Shown here piece after piece: positions 49,301 to 62,600 of a stretch of 64,000 nucleotides of DNA (positions are counted from its first letter, which is position 1; each line of letters starts with the position of its first letter). Source of the DNA: Chara braunii (taxonomy: Eukaryota; Plantae; Charophyceae). The notes under the pieces are model-generated. The model searched no databases. It was not told the origin of the DNA and saw only the letters and a program-made list of their open reading frames with translations. The position numbers were made by a program, and so were the translations under genes. The DNA is taken from assembly GCA_003427395.1 (NCBI GenBank), contig BFEA01000001.1, positions 7,977,639 to 8,041,638 on the forward strand. Reading direction: 5' to 3'.

Positions 49301-49544
49301 TAAAGAAATGAGTGTTCATTGTGGCCCCCTAAGTAAATTTAGCCATTTTCCCTCGTATCCTGATGCCCTGGCATCTATGTTGTGCATATTGAAGAAGTTT
49401 GGCCTTCACTTCTTGAATGTGTGCGCTAAGAAGGTGTGAATCTTCCTGGTGTTCTAGACTCAGCAGTTCCTCGTGGGTGGCAAATTCTTGTTGTTGTCTC
49501 AGAGCCGCTTTAGCTTTCAAAAATTCTTTGCATTTTCTAGCCAA
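46385..49544 (-). pseudogene. L1 ORF2 RT and C-terminal zf-RVT region (fragmented)
   Basis: 'RPITLL', 'QTGFMTGR', 'DFEKAYD', 'QGDPINPYLF', 'LFADD', 'LQWQITHRCLPT..WCRSC..EHIFLQC'. Confidence 0.92.
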
Positions 49545-49574
49545 AAAAATGAGGTCATTGTTGAACCACGTAGA

Positions 49575-50525
49575 CTACGAATCAAAATGAGTTTTCTGTT
49601 GACGCCAAAACTGCCATTCATGTTGAATCATTGATCTAAATTGTTGGTCTTTGAGGAGTGAGGTAAAAAATCCCGGACCTTGATCCGGTCTTTTCCTCAT
49701 GGTGAGTATTATTCCGCATGTTTTATGGTCCAGTCCAGGGTGCGGGCTTTGTGGGAGAATGGCAGCCCATCGGAGAGCACCTTCCAGGTCATTGGAGACC
49801 AGAATGAGATCAATCCGTGACTTTGACAGCCTAGCCGGATCGTTGTCCCTAACACAAGAAAAGGTCCGGTCCGTGGGATGCAGGCGGCGGAAGGTGTCAA
49901 AGAGGGCGATGTTTTTGCATAGGTCGGCAATCATTTGCTCATCTTCTTTTGCCGCAAAGGCGGGGGATCCCTGAGGGTTCCATCTGTCGCACCTTCTTTC
50001 AAGGGCGGCATTGAAATCCCCTGCAATGATCAGCGGGATGCCCTCCGGTACACGCGCCCCTAAGTTAGCCAAAAAGGTTCTTCTTTCACTGACTGTATTA
50101 GGGGAGTATATGCACAAGATACATAGCAGTTCAAGTTCTAACATCCCCAACACTGATACCCACCGTCCCTCCTCCTCGTCTATCGCCCAATGGACCATCT
50201 CGAACCTGGAGTCCGGGGGTATCCAAATTGCTACCCCCGCTGATCCAGGCCTAGGGGCGTGGGCCTTCACCGCCAGATGAGGCCAGACCTTCTTGTGAGC
50301 TCTGTCGTGTTCTGGTTTATCCTGCAGGTGAGTTTCTTGCACGCATATTACATCTGGCCAACGTCTCCCTCCTACCCCCCTAAGTTGGTCCCAAATGGCC
50401 TGGCATTTTTCTGGGTTGTTGGTTGTCAGGCCGTTCACGTTAATAGAACGGAGGTCTAGGTCGGCCGTTCTGGCACATTGTTTCCAAGCCGAGTTTCTAC
50501 AGTATAGTGTTTCCAAGTCGGTCAT
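49575..50525 (-). pseudogene. L1 ORF2 apurinic-like endonuclease domain
   Basis: 'SINVNGL', 'CVQETH', 'IYSPN', 'GDFNA', 'SRIDLILVS', 'LDH'. Confidence 0.95.
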
Positions 50526-51275
50526 GTGTCAGTCGTGTGTGCTTTCTGAGGAGAATCACTCACAAGGGGTGTCATTGCTTGATGTCCCATATGTCAATCA
50601 ACAGGGCTTTCTTTCGCAGGATCCTGCACAGACATCTGCACACATCGTCCTCAGACCAGTAGTCGCTAGGTTTGACCTTTGCGCACTGTAGTTCAAGCAG
50701 CGCGTTGTGGCTAAACCAGCGCAAGCCGGCAGTTTTGTTTGGTTCAAACAACAAGTACAGATCATTCCTTGCCATCTGCAGGTCGCTACCCGCAAATCTC
50801 GTTGCCGCCCTCGCCCCGGGTGCATAGTGTGCGGGCACAAAGACCTTCATTTGGCTAGTGAAGGCTTTGTCCCTTTCCCTTGCGTTCGTGATATGGGCCG
50901 GGAAGTCCCATCCTTGCAGTGTTACCCCGCCATGCTCCCCTACCGGGGAAAGCCCAATCTCCCATTGCCATCCGTTTTCCTCATAGGGATTACTACTATA
51001 CTTTCTGTAATGGTAAGGGGCAACTCAAAGAGGCCCCGCTCCACGAGTTGCCGCAGCTTGAGGCGTTTGGATGTCATCCCTTCCTCTCCGTGTTCCCCTT
51101 GTGAGGCAACCTGCATACCATCTGTGGGGGCATAGGGTGGTTGGGGGTTCTGTTGATCCGGTGCAGGCGGCGGATGAAACCGACTGCGGGCAATGGCCAG
51201 GATTCTCTGAAAGCTCTCCGCCCATGTCAAGTGTGTGGGCGGGCCGTGATCATGTAAGCTTATGCATCACAAGGT

Positions 51276-51900
51276 TACATTGTGCAGGCCCTCAGAGCTT
51301 GCTTATTTCTTGTGATGTGGGAGATCAGGAACAAAAATGTCTTTGAGGGGTGGTTCATCTTTGACAAGACCATCAAAGCATCTGTAAAAATGCGCATTCG
51401 GCGAGCCATCAAGGTGGATTTGAGACGGAACATTTTATGTGGAAGTCAAAGGGTTGGCGGTCTGGTTTGGTTTTCGGAAACTTGGGTCATCCAGGGACGG
51501 TTGGGCGAGGTTGAAAATATGAAGTGTTCGTTCGATCATTGGCTGGTGAGTGAGATGTAAAAACATGTGTGCTCCGTTCTACCTCCGCGGTAGAAGGGCA
51601 AAAGGGGGTAAGAGGTGGGAGTGTTGTTTGACCAATTGGACATTGCTCTTATGCCTTGAGTTAGGTGCATTGCTAACCGGAGTCTAGCCTGTGGGTGTGC
51701 AACCCATAGTTTGTTTGTTGATTGATGTGGTTGGGGAAGTTTAAGGTAGTGATTATATTGTGTGTACGTTTTGCCATGTTTGCTATACACAGCTCGACGA
51801 GTGTGTGTGGGGGGGGGGGTCCCGACTGGTGCTTTATTCACGATGTTCATGGGACGCTGAACCCAGTCAGTAGGTGTCACTCCCCACCAATAGACAAGAG
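51276..51900 (+). mobile_element. 3' end of a plus-strand L1-like element (its upstream part at ~42170-42565 is split off by solo LTR C)
   Basis: 'MWEIRNKNVFEG' C-terminal motif, degenerate 3' structured motif at 51851, then (TG)n. Confidence 0.6.
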
Positions 51901-51902
51901 AA

Positions 51903-51947
51903 TGTGTGTGTACGTGTGTATGTGAGAGCGAGTGAGTGCGTGTGTGT

Positions 51948-51992
<45 letters not shown>

Positions 51993-51997
51993 TGTGT

Positions 51998-52052
<55 letters not shown>

Positions 52053-52078
52053 AGAGAGAGAGAGAGTGAGAGAGAGAG
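51903..52078. repeat. (TG)n(AG)n microsatellite
   Basis: Read directly from the sequence. Confidence 0.95.
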
Positions 52079-52811
52079 TCCTGCGGCATGCAGCATGTCA
52101 ATGGCGGGGAACACAAGGGCAGGTGCTGACCTCAACAAAAAAAAAGTGAAGGTAATGTTCTATTGGAGTACAATAGTTTTTTTTTTTAATTCGAATAGAA
52201 AGGGCACACATTGTATTAGAATACAACCCGCACGTGTTCTATTTGAAGTGTTCTTCTACTTGAGAAAAATGGACCCACACCGTTTCGAGTTCGAAATGTA
52301 AAAATTGAAGGACCGCGGCCTCCTCGGCCTCCCACGCAGTTTCGATTTTGAAATGTCAAACTCAAGGACCTCGGCCTCCTCAGTCTCCTAGGGGCAATTG
52401 CCGGTCCTTCGCATGCCCCGCTGCTTGCTAAGCCCTCACCTCAACATTGCCCACCCTCCTGTTGATTTTTTTTGGTTTTTTGAAAACTTCATGTGTGGGG
52501 AAACTCACTTAAACCACCAGTACTTGGCCCAGCTATCGGCCACGGAAAAAAATAGAGTAGAAACGTTTTTAGTTGGATGAATTCGGGCGCTCCTGTAGTG
52601 GCCCATATGTTTCCTAAAATCACGTAGCGTTAACGCTACGTGACTTTAGGAAGTACTGGTGGTTTAACAAGGTGATAAGGGCAGCCTCGTTACGTGGGCC
52701 CCATCATTAAAGGCTCCATTTATTGGTGGGGAGCAGCACCTGTTGGAAATCGGGTTCATCGTCCCAATATAATGATATGATGAGTGTCAGTTGGAAATCG
52801 GGTCCAACATC

Positions 52812-53528
52812 CCTATTCGCAGCCCTAAGGCTGGGGTACAGTGGGCTTCGGTGTCTGTGTCAAGGTGTCACATTTTTGGCGATGGGCGACAACGATGCAA
52901 GTGGGTTCTTAGGGCGGGGGGAAATTTGGGGGATCGGTGCTTCAAGATATTGCAGACTACCTACAAATAGCTCTTATAGAACCGGGACTTTTGGGAAAAG
53001 GAAGGACCAGTCCTCCGGTGGAAGCGGACCCCCAAAAGAAGTGGGGGCATGTGAACTGCAAAAGGGCCCTCAGACCCAGGCGTCGAGGCCCGTCTTCTCA
53101 AAACAGGGAGGTCAGGCGCAACGAAACAGACGTTTTGCAATAGGCAACTTTGGCAATTTTTTGTGCTCGAAGGAATCTGCAGAAAAATCTGAAATTTTGA
53201 GCATCCATAGATGAGGTTGTATTTTTTCTAGGAAAAATATCAGAACATTTTCAAAAAATCATTTAGACGGAATAATGTTCATCGCGCCGATTTGGCACAT
53301 GTTCCATTTTTGCCACTCAGCCATGTGTGGGCCAATAGAAAAAGTACTCCAAATTCGGTGAGGTTTCGCGCTCAGGAGAATGCGTGAAAAAACCTGAAAA
53401 TTGGAGTACTTGTAAATTTTGTTGTGATCTTTCCAGGAAAAATGCTAAATAAAAAAAATAAAAATAATTCCAACTGTGAAATAGATCGCGGACCCAATTT
53501 GACTCATATTTCAATTTTGTCATTCAGC

Positions 53529-53529
<1 letters not shown>
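52812..53529 (+). mobile_element. Unclassified ~700-bp interspersed repeat, copy 1, followed by (CT)n
   Basis: Colinear similarity with 60131-60832. Confidence 0.8.
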
Positions 53530-53584
<55 letters not shown>

Positions 53585-55662
53585 CTCTCTCTTTGGTAGT
53601 CCCAGTCCCTCACTCTCTCTCCATCCGCTTCCGCTTCCATCAGGGCTGGGAGGTTGGCCCAGCCTTGATGCTTGTCACTGCTGTCTGGTCCAAGTTGCCC
53701 TCGATACTGGTAGGGTGATGGTCCTGAGTGCTGGTCACACTGAGGTAGGATAGTAGGGACAGGGGGTGCGCTAGGAGTATTACTGGGGATGGGTAGGGTA
53801 GGTGGCCTATCCTGTCAGGACAACCATTGGCTGCTGCTACCAGCAATCACCGCGGGTCTGGTCCTTGGCCTCTACAACACCCTGGGCTTTATGATAATAA
53901 TAAAAAATAAAAAATAAAAAAGAGAGAAACGGGACACTGGCCCNGGTTTCCAGTTTTCTGCAGAATGAGGTACAGCCCCAACAGTTCATCCNGGTAGAAT
54001 TGTGAGGTCCCCGACCTCGATGATTTCTCTATTTTTGTAATAATAAAAGATTATCTTCTCAAAAAAAAAACATGTGCAGAAGAAGTCCAACCAACTGGTA
54101 GTGTGATCGAGGCCAAGATAAATCTAACCGCTACCAATTATCACCGATAATCTCCGTTTGTATGGGGTAAATGTAAAAATGTAACAGTACAATAGCAAAA
54201 TTGGACGATTGGATCTGCCCCCCCCCAAAAAAAAAATCAGCAGCACAATGTGTAACAAATACAAGTTAGAAGTTAGAACCAGGTCTTTTTTTTTTTTTTT
54301 TTTTAAGACGTGCTCCAATCTATTCGTGGGGAGCAGCACGTGCTGGGAATCGGGGCCAGCGTCCCATATGAAGACGTGTAAAAAACAATCCTAGGCGCTG
54401 TCGGGTACAGGTATTCTTAAAAATCCAAGTTGCCAACTCCCATATGCCCGACAATTACTTTTTTGGCGTAAGTTACTTTTGACTGTTCGGTCTTCACTTA
54501 GGGTCGGGTCCCCTTTTTTTATCGGGCAGCCCCTGCTGGGCGCCACAAAGGCCTGGAGCCACGCATATCCGACAAAGGAAGCAATCAATACCGCTGTCTC
54601 AGGATCCTTTGACCATACCGAAATGAAGAGTGGCATCACTGGTATGAGTAACTTACGTAAGGGATGCTGGACTCATTTTCCAGCCAAATTTACAATGCCT
54701 TAAAAAAATTCAAAAACTGAAGCTACATGAAAGTCAGNCGTCCTGCGCTTCAGTGCCCAGCCCCTTTCTTGTTTTTGTTCCCTGTGTGCTACCGTCTTCA
54801 CCCGAATAAAATGCCCGTTCATTATTGCTGCATCTGCTGTGAAAGTTGCCCCGAATACAGCTATAATGACCGGGTGTTCTATTCGAGTGAAGACGGTAGG
54901 GCCCATGTTCCTTTGTTTAGCCTGCCACTTGTGATTTGTCCGTCAAGTCTCTCACACTTTTCCAGATGCATGGAATGTGGTCTATGGATGCAGCATGGAG
55001 GATAAAGGGAAAGCAGCAGCTGTAAAGCGAGGAGCAGTCAAAATTGTCTTGCGGGTCCTCAAGCAGACTNAGGATATCAATTTGCTAGTAGCAAGTTCAT
55101 NAGCCTTGATGAGGTGAGAANTCGAGGAGCGATTGGCAATATGTCACTTANCCACTGTTGGCGTTTCNNCATAACGTCATAAGAAGGAACCACTGTGCAA
55201 AGAAATTCTAGAATTGCNGATGGCAAAAGAAAAGCATATAAGGCTATAAGNTGTAATGCTTCAGTCTTCCTACACTAAATTGTTTTCCGAAATGTATNGT
55301 GCTTGCTTGTCCAGTACTCCCTATTTTGACATTACATCAGTGTTGCATACCCCGACGGTCGGCACCCCTTGACTGGTCGGCACCTACCAGTCGGGGGTTG
55401 TCGGCACAATGCAAAAAATAATAANNNNNNNNNNNNNNNNNNNNNNNNNNNNNNNNNNNNNNNNNNNNNNNNNNNNNNNNNNNNNNNNNNNNNNNNNNNN
55501 NNNNNNNNNNNNNNNNNNNNNNNNNNNNNNNNNNNNNNNNNNNNNNNNNNNNNNNNNNNNNNNNNNNNNNNNNNNNNNNNNNNNNNNNNNNNNNNNNNNN
55601 NNNNNNNNNNNNNNNNNNNNNNNNNNNNNNNNNNGAGAGGGAGAAGAGGACAACAAACGAGG

Positions 55663-55726
55663 GGCTGTGACAAACTGTTTCGTCGGAGTTTCACCGACTC
55701 ATCAGGAGGCTGAACCCTCAACAGCC
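55663..55726 (-). ncRNA. Type I hammerhead ribozyme with an extra hairpin 5' of the core
   Basis: GGCTGT-[T GAGG gttcag CCTC]-CTGATGA-GTCGG tgaaact CCGAC-GAA-ACA gtt TGT-C-ACAGCC. Confidence 0.8.
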
Positions 55727-55849
55727 TGTAGAATCCCCTAACTGATTACACTGTAAGTGATAATCCACCTTAACCCCAGTTGTGGCGCGCACATGCAGCC
55801 GTACGACTCAACTAGCGTTAAAGTTTTGCACCCTAATGGTCCTCTCATT

Positions 55850-58235
55850 TGGCAACTTGTGTAATCACCTTCCTATCCCAATCAAACTGAGGCTTAGCAA
55901 CCTCGAGGTAGTACATGCCTAGCAACATATCGAATGGTAGCTCGTCACTAAACATGAATGAGATCTTCCATAGAGTGTTTGTTTGCTAAGGTAGATGCTA
56001 CAGACCTGCAACCCCGTTGCACTTGGTCCTTTAAGTCCAGCCTTTCCATACAAGCACGACTGGTGAAATTCCGTGTAGAACCTATGTCTACGAAGGCTCC
56101 ATCTTTACGGCCACCTACATCAACTTCTACCACTAAATGTTCACCCTTTGGACCTTCAGTTAACATCGCTAGGATCCTTCTCTAACCACTCAGTTTCTAA
56201 CTCCTCCAAGGACTCAAATACATCCATCGAACAGAGTATCGATTGGTCAGGATCTGTCTGCGGGGCGATATAGGGGTCAATAGGTTCGGCCAACATCTGA
56301 AGTGAAGAGTGTGAGGCCACGACTTCAGAATGGGTAGGAGCAGCTATAACTCCTACTCACCCGATGTGTTTCCCTGGTAAGTGCTCGCAGAGGCATCACC
56401 CAAGGTAAAAGGTCCAACAACCACAACAAAGGATGCTACCTTCACAGTGACTTGCTTACTTTTGCATCGACTTATTGTGTGCCCATACTGACCACAATTA
56501 AGACGTGTGCCACAAGCAACGTGGTCACGCCACACATCGAACTCTGATCCAAGTTTCACCCATATGGGTGGTCCTTGTTCCACTTGACCCTTGGGCCGGC
56601 TGCCCTTCTGTTTCCCGGACCCCTTAGCTTTTTCTTTTATGGAAGCTACTTCTCCACCCTGTCTACCGCTGTTTCATTCTCACGATCAAATCTCAACTGC
56701 ACTGCCATCATGACCAACAAACATGAGATTGCCTTTCTTCTTCCAATCCTAGTGGATCTTCTTCTTGCCCCTATCACCAACCACTTGCTACGCCTTCCCG
56801 AGTCTGGCCTCTATGTCTAGGGTCTTTTTACTGAAAGAAGGAAAATTGTGTACATCGATGGAGGCCTTCTGTAGGCAGACATTTCAAGTGAGTGGTCATG
56901 AGGACCTGCGGATTGTATTGCACACCTGGGACAACGATCAGCCTCTCCACAGCGTCAGTCCCCTCACGTATAGACCTGTATTGTCTAGATCACAGGTTCC
57001 TATAATCCTGGTCTAGTCTTTCAACCTCTGTGTCATCTTTACTCATGGGCTGTGCGTGGCATGCAATCTACACTANTGTCCTCATTGGNACCTACAGCAG
57101 CATGGCATCCAACCGATTCTTAAAATAAATAAAAAATAAAATAATTATTCGATCCATATATGTCAAAAAGTTGTCAAGCGGTAACANGAGATAATTTCAG
57201 ACCCCTACAAACAATTCTACTCCTATTTATGACTAGTCTTGGACAGATTGCAATGCAGCACAAAATAGAATACCACTCCACCTGCAACAGTCTGTCAGTT
57301 GTCAGCAATGTCCATAGCAACTAACTAATCAAAAGTAAAAATAAAATCATTTGCTGGAAAGTATGCTGAATGGAAATATTGCAGAAAATTACAATTGAGA
57401 AGTTAATTGGAACCCACCCTCCCCAACAATCTTTCTTGAGTTGTCACTTTGTGTCGACGTCCTGAAATCTCTGGTTGAGCAGCGTGTGTAAAGGTGTGCA
57501 TATGGCCCACCCTCTGTGCCCCAGGTCAATGCAAGACCAGCCAGCCCTGTCTGTACTAATTTTAATCTCTCGTACAGCGCGAGCAGATTATCCCCACTGG
57601 AGTCTCTTTAAAGACGGTCCGGTACTCGTTTATCCCCCATAGGGCTGGCCTGCCCGACACCACCTCTACAGCGAAGCAAAGCAGACTAAAGGACAAAGCG
57701 GCAAAGCATGCATGCTCTACTCCCGGTGGGTTGGAATGGTGACCGTGACCCAAGTGCTTCATCCAGGGCCCTTCAGAGGCAATGCCTGACTCCCACCAGC
57801 ATGCTCCCCAGGAATTAACGTCGAATCTCAAGGTTGAGCCCACACGACACCTCAGAATGAGAGGACTCTCAAGAACAAGACTCACTTCCNCATGGTAAGA
57901 AGGAACAAAGAGGGTAGATAAGGTAAGGAGCAACGTACCTCATNATGCTGCCCCCAACCACANATTTCTCACCAGTTGATCTGACGTGCATTTATGATGA
58001 CCANTCAGTACCTCGGCACAACCCACAATACAATGCAGTCCCACCTCGGCTTAAATGCCACGTCAGCAAGCTCTCATCCAGCATACACCCCAATGTCACC
58101 ACATAGCCTTTGAGGCGCGCCCACTCGACACAGGGNCGCCTATACAACCATCGCACAAGCCTTATCACTGNANCTCATACCACAAATNAGCCCNGAACAG
58201 CTNTTGCGCTGGAGCCAGCGGAGCGGCTTGCGCCA
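55850..58235 (-). pseudogene. Degenerate Gypsy gag-protease region
   Basis: 'AFVDIGSTRNFTS' (protease), 'NCGQYGHTISRC' (zinc knuckle), adjacent PBS. Confidence 0.75.
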
Positions 58236-58247
58236 GCTCTGATACCA
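58236..58247 (-). promoter_or_regulatory. PBS (tRNA-iMet) with canonical LTR end (CA) 3 nt upstream
   Basis: Minus strand reads ...TTGCA-ATT-TGGTATCAGAGC. LTR remnant starts at 58251. Confidence 0.85.
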
Positions 58248-59839
58248 AATTGCAAGGAAAATGAGCAATAGTGAAATGATGATAGAATTCCAGATTGCAA
58301 NATCACATTGAATGCCAGATAGTCATTAGCTGTCCNGAAAGCAAAAATGCACTGAAATCACGNTGAAGGAGANCCAAAGCAGCGAACTCAATTGTCAATG
58401 AGAGCCCTATCTCACCGCCACCAACAAACTACTAGAAGCTCTTCCTCCCTACTGGTGCTCAGNGCCCAGAATACAATCCTACAGCTACGAAGCTAGCCTA
58501 CGAAATGACACGGCAATCAGTTGACGTCTGCAGCAGCAACCGAAGTNCATGCAGATGTCGACCATGCCGACCTCCGCCAANACCAGGTATGTGCTCTCAC
58601 ATCACTCCCAACTCNCCCTCAACATGCTCACCCTCGTCTTCTCCACCCACATGCTTCCCCTACCGTAGGACCACCACCATACCCTGCCAGCTATCAAGCC
58701 CCAGGGCCGGCTATGGCACTGCTTCCATGCAGCACCCATCGTCCTCTTGTTCCCGCGAACGCCCGGTGTCGGAGGGCGCGGTGTCCCGGCCCTCCATCGT
58801 GTGCTGAATGCCTACTCACGTATCTCCGCTGCGGGTCAAGTACCTGCTCACATACCTCCGCCGTGTGACCAACCCAGTAGACGCTACCACCGGCAAAATG
58901 GTGGGTGCGCCACTGGACTTTCCTTTGGTCCACGCAGGCTCAGCGCTCTGCTGTACAGCAGAGCAGGCCGGTACAGCAGAGCAGGACCGGCCTGTGGCCG
59001 TGGTAGCCGCCGGGTTCGCCCAGGGACACAGAGGTAGAGGGACCGGTGCGGTCTTTTCTATTGCGCGTCGAGCACCCCCTAGTCGAGTTATGAGATGAGT
59101 GCAAAAGGGTGCGGTCATGATCAAAGCAAGAAGAAGCGAAAGAAAAGGAAAGGAAAGGGAAATAGNAAAATGGGAGAAGCCGCACGTCAAACCTGCGCCC
59201 CAACTCGGATCGTCGTTTTGTCTGGAGCAAGCTAGTGGTCTTGAGCTGCTTTCCCTTTTTACTTTGATTATTATTATTATTATTACTGGTATNATTATAA
59301 CAAGTGGACCTGCCGCAGCAACACTGCGGCGAACGACGATGACAAAACATTTTGCAAAACTCCCGAGCCAGCGGTTGGACCGCATCTTTGCAATGTGCCC
59401 CTACAGGACGCTGCCCAACTTTGCAAAATGCCCCGACAGTTGCTAAGTTTTCGCACACAGACCAAAAAAAAAAAAAAAAAAAAAAGAACAGTGTATATTT
59501 CCATGTTCNNNNNNNNNNNNNNNNNNNNNNNNNNNNNNNNNNNNNNNNNNNNNNNNNNNNNNNNNNNNNNNNNNNNNNNNNNNNNNNNNNNNNNNNNNNN
59601 NNNNNNNNNNNNNNNNNNNNNNNNNNNNNNNNNNNNNNNNNNNNNNNNNNNNNNNNNNNNNNNNNNNNNNNNNNNNNNNNNNNNNNNNNNNNNNNNNNNN
59701 NNNNNNNNNNNNNNNNNNNNNNNNNNNNNNNNNNNNNNNNNNNNNNNNNNNNNNNNNNNNNNNNNNNNNNNNNNNNNNNNNNNNNNNNNNNNNNNNNNNN
59801 NNNNNNNNNNNNNNNNNNNNNNNNNNNNNNNNNNNNNNN

Positions 59840-59914
<75 letters not shown>

Positions 59915-59930
59915 ATATCAACAAATGGAG

Positions 59931-60011
<81 letters not shown>

Positions 60012-60130
60012 CGCGCGCGCGCTGTGGTTACTTTAGGGCTGCTTTCCCTGCGCCCACGCAGTAGACAATTGAATGATTTGTGGAGATGTCATCAGAGTGG
60101 ATCCAATATTACGTGATTGTGTTCATTCGG

Positions 60131-60832
60131 TCTGTTCGCCGCTCTAATGCTGCGGTATAGTAGGCTTCAACGTCTGTGTCAAGGTGTCTCATTTTTGGCG
60201 GCAGGCAACCAAGACGCAAAGTGGGTTATTAGGGGGCAAAAAAAATTGGGGGACCGGTCCTTGGCAAAATTGCGGACTACCTACAGCTAGTTCTCGTAGA
60301 ACCGAGACTTTTGAAAAAACGAAGGACCGGTCCTCAGGTGGAAGTGAACCCCAAAACGAAGTGAGGGCATGTGAACTGCAAAAGGGCCATCAGGCTCAGG
60401 CGTTGAGGCCTGTCTTCTCAAAACAGGGAGGTCAGGCGCAACGAAACAGACGTTTTGCAAAAGGCAACTTCGACGATTTTCTATGCTCGGAGGAACCCAC
60501 AAAAAAATCTGAAATTTTGAGAATCCATAGATGAGGGCGTGTTTTTTCCAGGAATAATATTAGAACGTTTTCAAATAATCATGTAGACTGCAAAATAATC
60601 GTCAAACCGATTCGGCACATTTTCCATTTTTGCCACTCAGCCATGTGTAGGCCAACTGAAAAAGTACTCCACATTCAGTAAGTTTTCGCGCTCAGAAGAA
60701 TGCGTGAAAAAACCTGAAAATTGGAGTACTCGTAGATTTTGTTGCGATCTTTCCAGGAAAAATGCTCAATAAATTAAACAAAAATAATTCCAGCTGTGAA
60801 ATTTGACCTATATTTCAATTTTGACATTCAAC
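60131..60832 (+). mobile_element. Unclassified ~700-bp interspersed repeat, copy 2, followed by (CT)n
   Basis: Homologous to 52812-53529. Confidence 0.8.
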
Positions 60833-60909
<77 letters not shown>

Positions 60910-61059
60910 GTAAGCCTCCGCCTCTTCCTCTCTCTCTATCTCTCTTTCTTTCTTTCTTTCTCTCTCTCACTCTCTGTCTCTCTCTTACTCATATCNNNNN
61001 NNNNNNNNNNNNNNNNNNNNNNNNNNNNNNNNNNNNNCACTCATAACAATAAATGGAAC

Positions 61060-61119
<60 letters not shown>

Positions 61120-62352
61120 CGTGCTCTTAGCCTCATTGCTTTGGCTACCTACCTTAGCAGGGCTGCGTTCCCTGCTCCCAAGGGGTAGACAATTTGACGT
61201 TGAAGGTCTCAAGGGCATAAAATGCAACCCTGACGGGCTGCGAACAGGGGGCGTCCCTGGAAGGGGGCTCTGTTCCTGTCTACCCAAATAACCTCGCACA
61301 GCAAGCCTCTTACCACATGAGCTACATATCCCCACCCCCTCTTGCTTTTCACACCGTCTGGGACCAATCCGCTTTTGCAGTGGGACCTCCGCCCCGGGGT
61401 GAGTAGTGCAGCGAGGTCCATAGTCAGCCCCTTGCCTTCAACGATTCACGATAGTCTTAGGACCATGGCCGCCGTTTTTGTTGCTTTTCCCCCCCCTCAA
61501 GACCGTCGTTTGGCTTCCAGTAGCGCGAGTAGCGCCGGAGGCCCCGCGCTCCTACGGTAGGACCTCTCTGCCGTCCCCCTCCCCCCTCTTTCATTCATGG
61601 CTCTGTTCAGAGCTTAGCGTTGGCCGCGCGTTCTTTTTTTTTTTGTTTTTTTTTTTTTTGAAGCCGCGCGTTCTTTCTTTGTTCTTTCTGCTTATTTCAG
61701 GTTTCCCTCGAATAGACGACGTAGCAGTTGTTTTAAAAAAAAAAGAAAAAAAAGACGGAGCAGTTGGCTTCGTGGTTTACGAGGGCATATACAAACACCA
61801 GGAGTTTCCTGGATGCATCTGACTTCATTTACAGCCGGAACAGGACGCATCTGACGGCAATTACGTCCAGAGCTCAGTCTCCTCGTGTGCGTATATGCCC
61901 TCAGACTGAATACTACGTTCTGGACGTAATCGCGGTTTAGTTAATCCTCATGAGGCCGTAATTGTGGTCATATACATTCAGGAAAGTGCCAGTGCGGCGA
62001 GTACTATACGCTGTCAATCTCATTCTCATGGCGTTGTTAGCAGTCAATGGAACGCCAGGGGCCAAGTCCCACGAGTTTCCTCAAACGCCCGAATGTGGAC
62101 GTGTTTGGGGAGATGTGCGGTTGAGGAAACTCAACACTATATCCTGTACATCTCCACAAACACGTCCAGATTCGGGAGTTGAGGAAACTCAACTCCCCTA
62201 CCGGTAGTGGGACTTGGCCCCCGGCCAGGCCAGGCCAGACCAGACCAGACCAGACCAGCATCGCGCGCAAAAGAAATCAAACATGTGCGATGACTTCGGA
62301 GAATTGCTGATGCTAATTTCATTCTCAAACGCGAAGCTGTTGGGACTTCTGC

Positions 62353-62600
62353 TATTGCCTATCGCCTATCTTTCCCGCCCACGGTAACATTCAGGAATTG
62401 CCTATCGCCTATCTTTCCCCCCCACGGTGATATTCACGGATTGCCTATTGCCTATCTTTCCCGCCCACGGTAACAGTCAGGAATTGCCTGTCGCCTATCT
62501 TCCCGCCCACGGTAACATTCAGGGATTGCCTATTGCCTATCTTTCCCGCCCACGGTAACATTAAGGGATTGCCTATTGCCAATTGCCTATCTTTCCCGCC
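62353..62600 (+). repeat. ~44-bp minisatellite (ATTGCCTATCGCCTATCTTTCCCGCCCACGGTAACATTCAGG), 5-6 units
   Basis: Read directly; head-to-tail units without unique spacers. Confidence 0.92.

Larger units (their letters stand above)
45233..51244 (-). mobile_element. 5'-truncated L1/Tx1-like LINE (end of ORF1 region, ORF2, 3' UTR, poly(A))
   Basis: 14-bp TSD CGTGATCATGTAAG at 45219-45232 and 51245-51258. Poly(T) on both sides of the gap. APE, RT and zf-RVT motifs present. Confidence 0.92.
42566..51271 (-). mobile_element. Old solo LTR (family C, ~2.7 kb) interrupted near its end by an L1
   Basis: Starts TG-8nt-AACCTCAC and ends ATCACA. Flanks GGGT/AGGT are an imperfect 4-bp TSD. Carries the LTR ORF homologue and CGCTCACTAAGGC. 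Confidence 0.75.

Noticed and set aside
60089-60097. Additional CTGATGA (minus strand) as a hammerhead
   Set aside because: No stem II followed by GAAA.
62353-62600. CRISPR-like periodic array
   Set aside because: Units are head-to-tail with no unique spacers, there are no cas genes, and the context is eukaryotic. It is a minisatellite.
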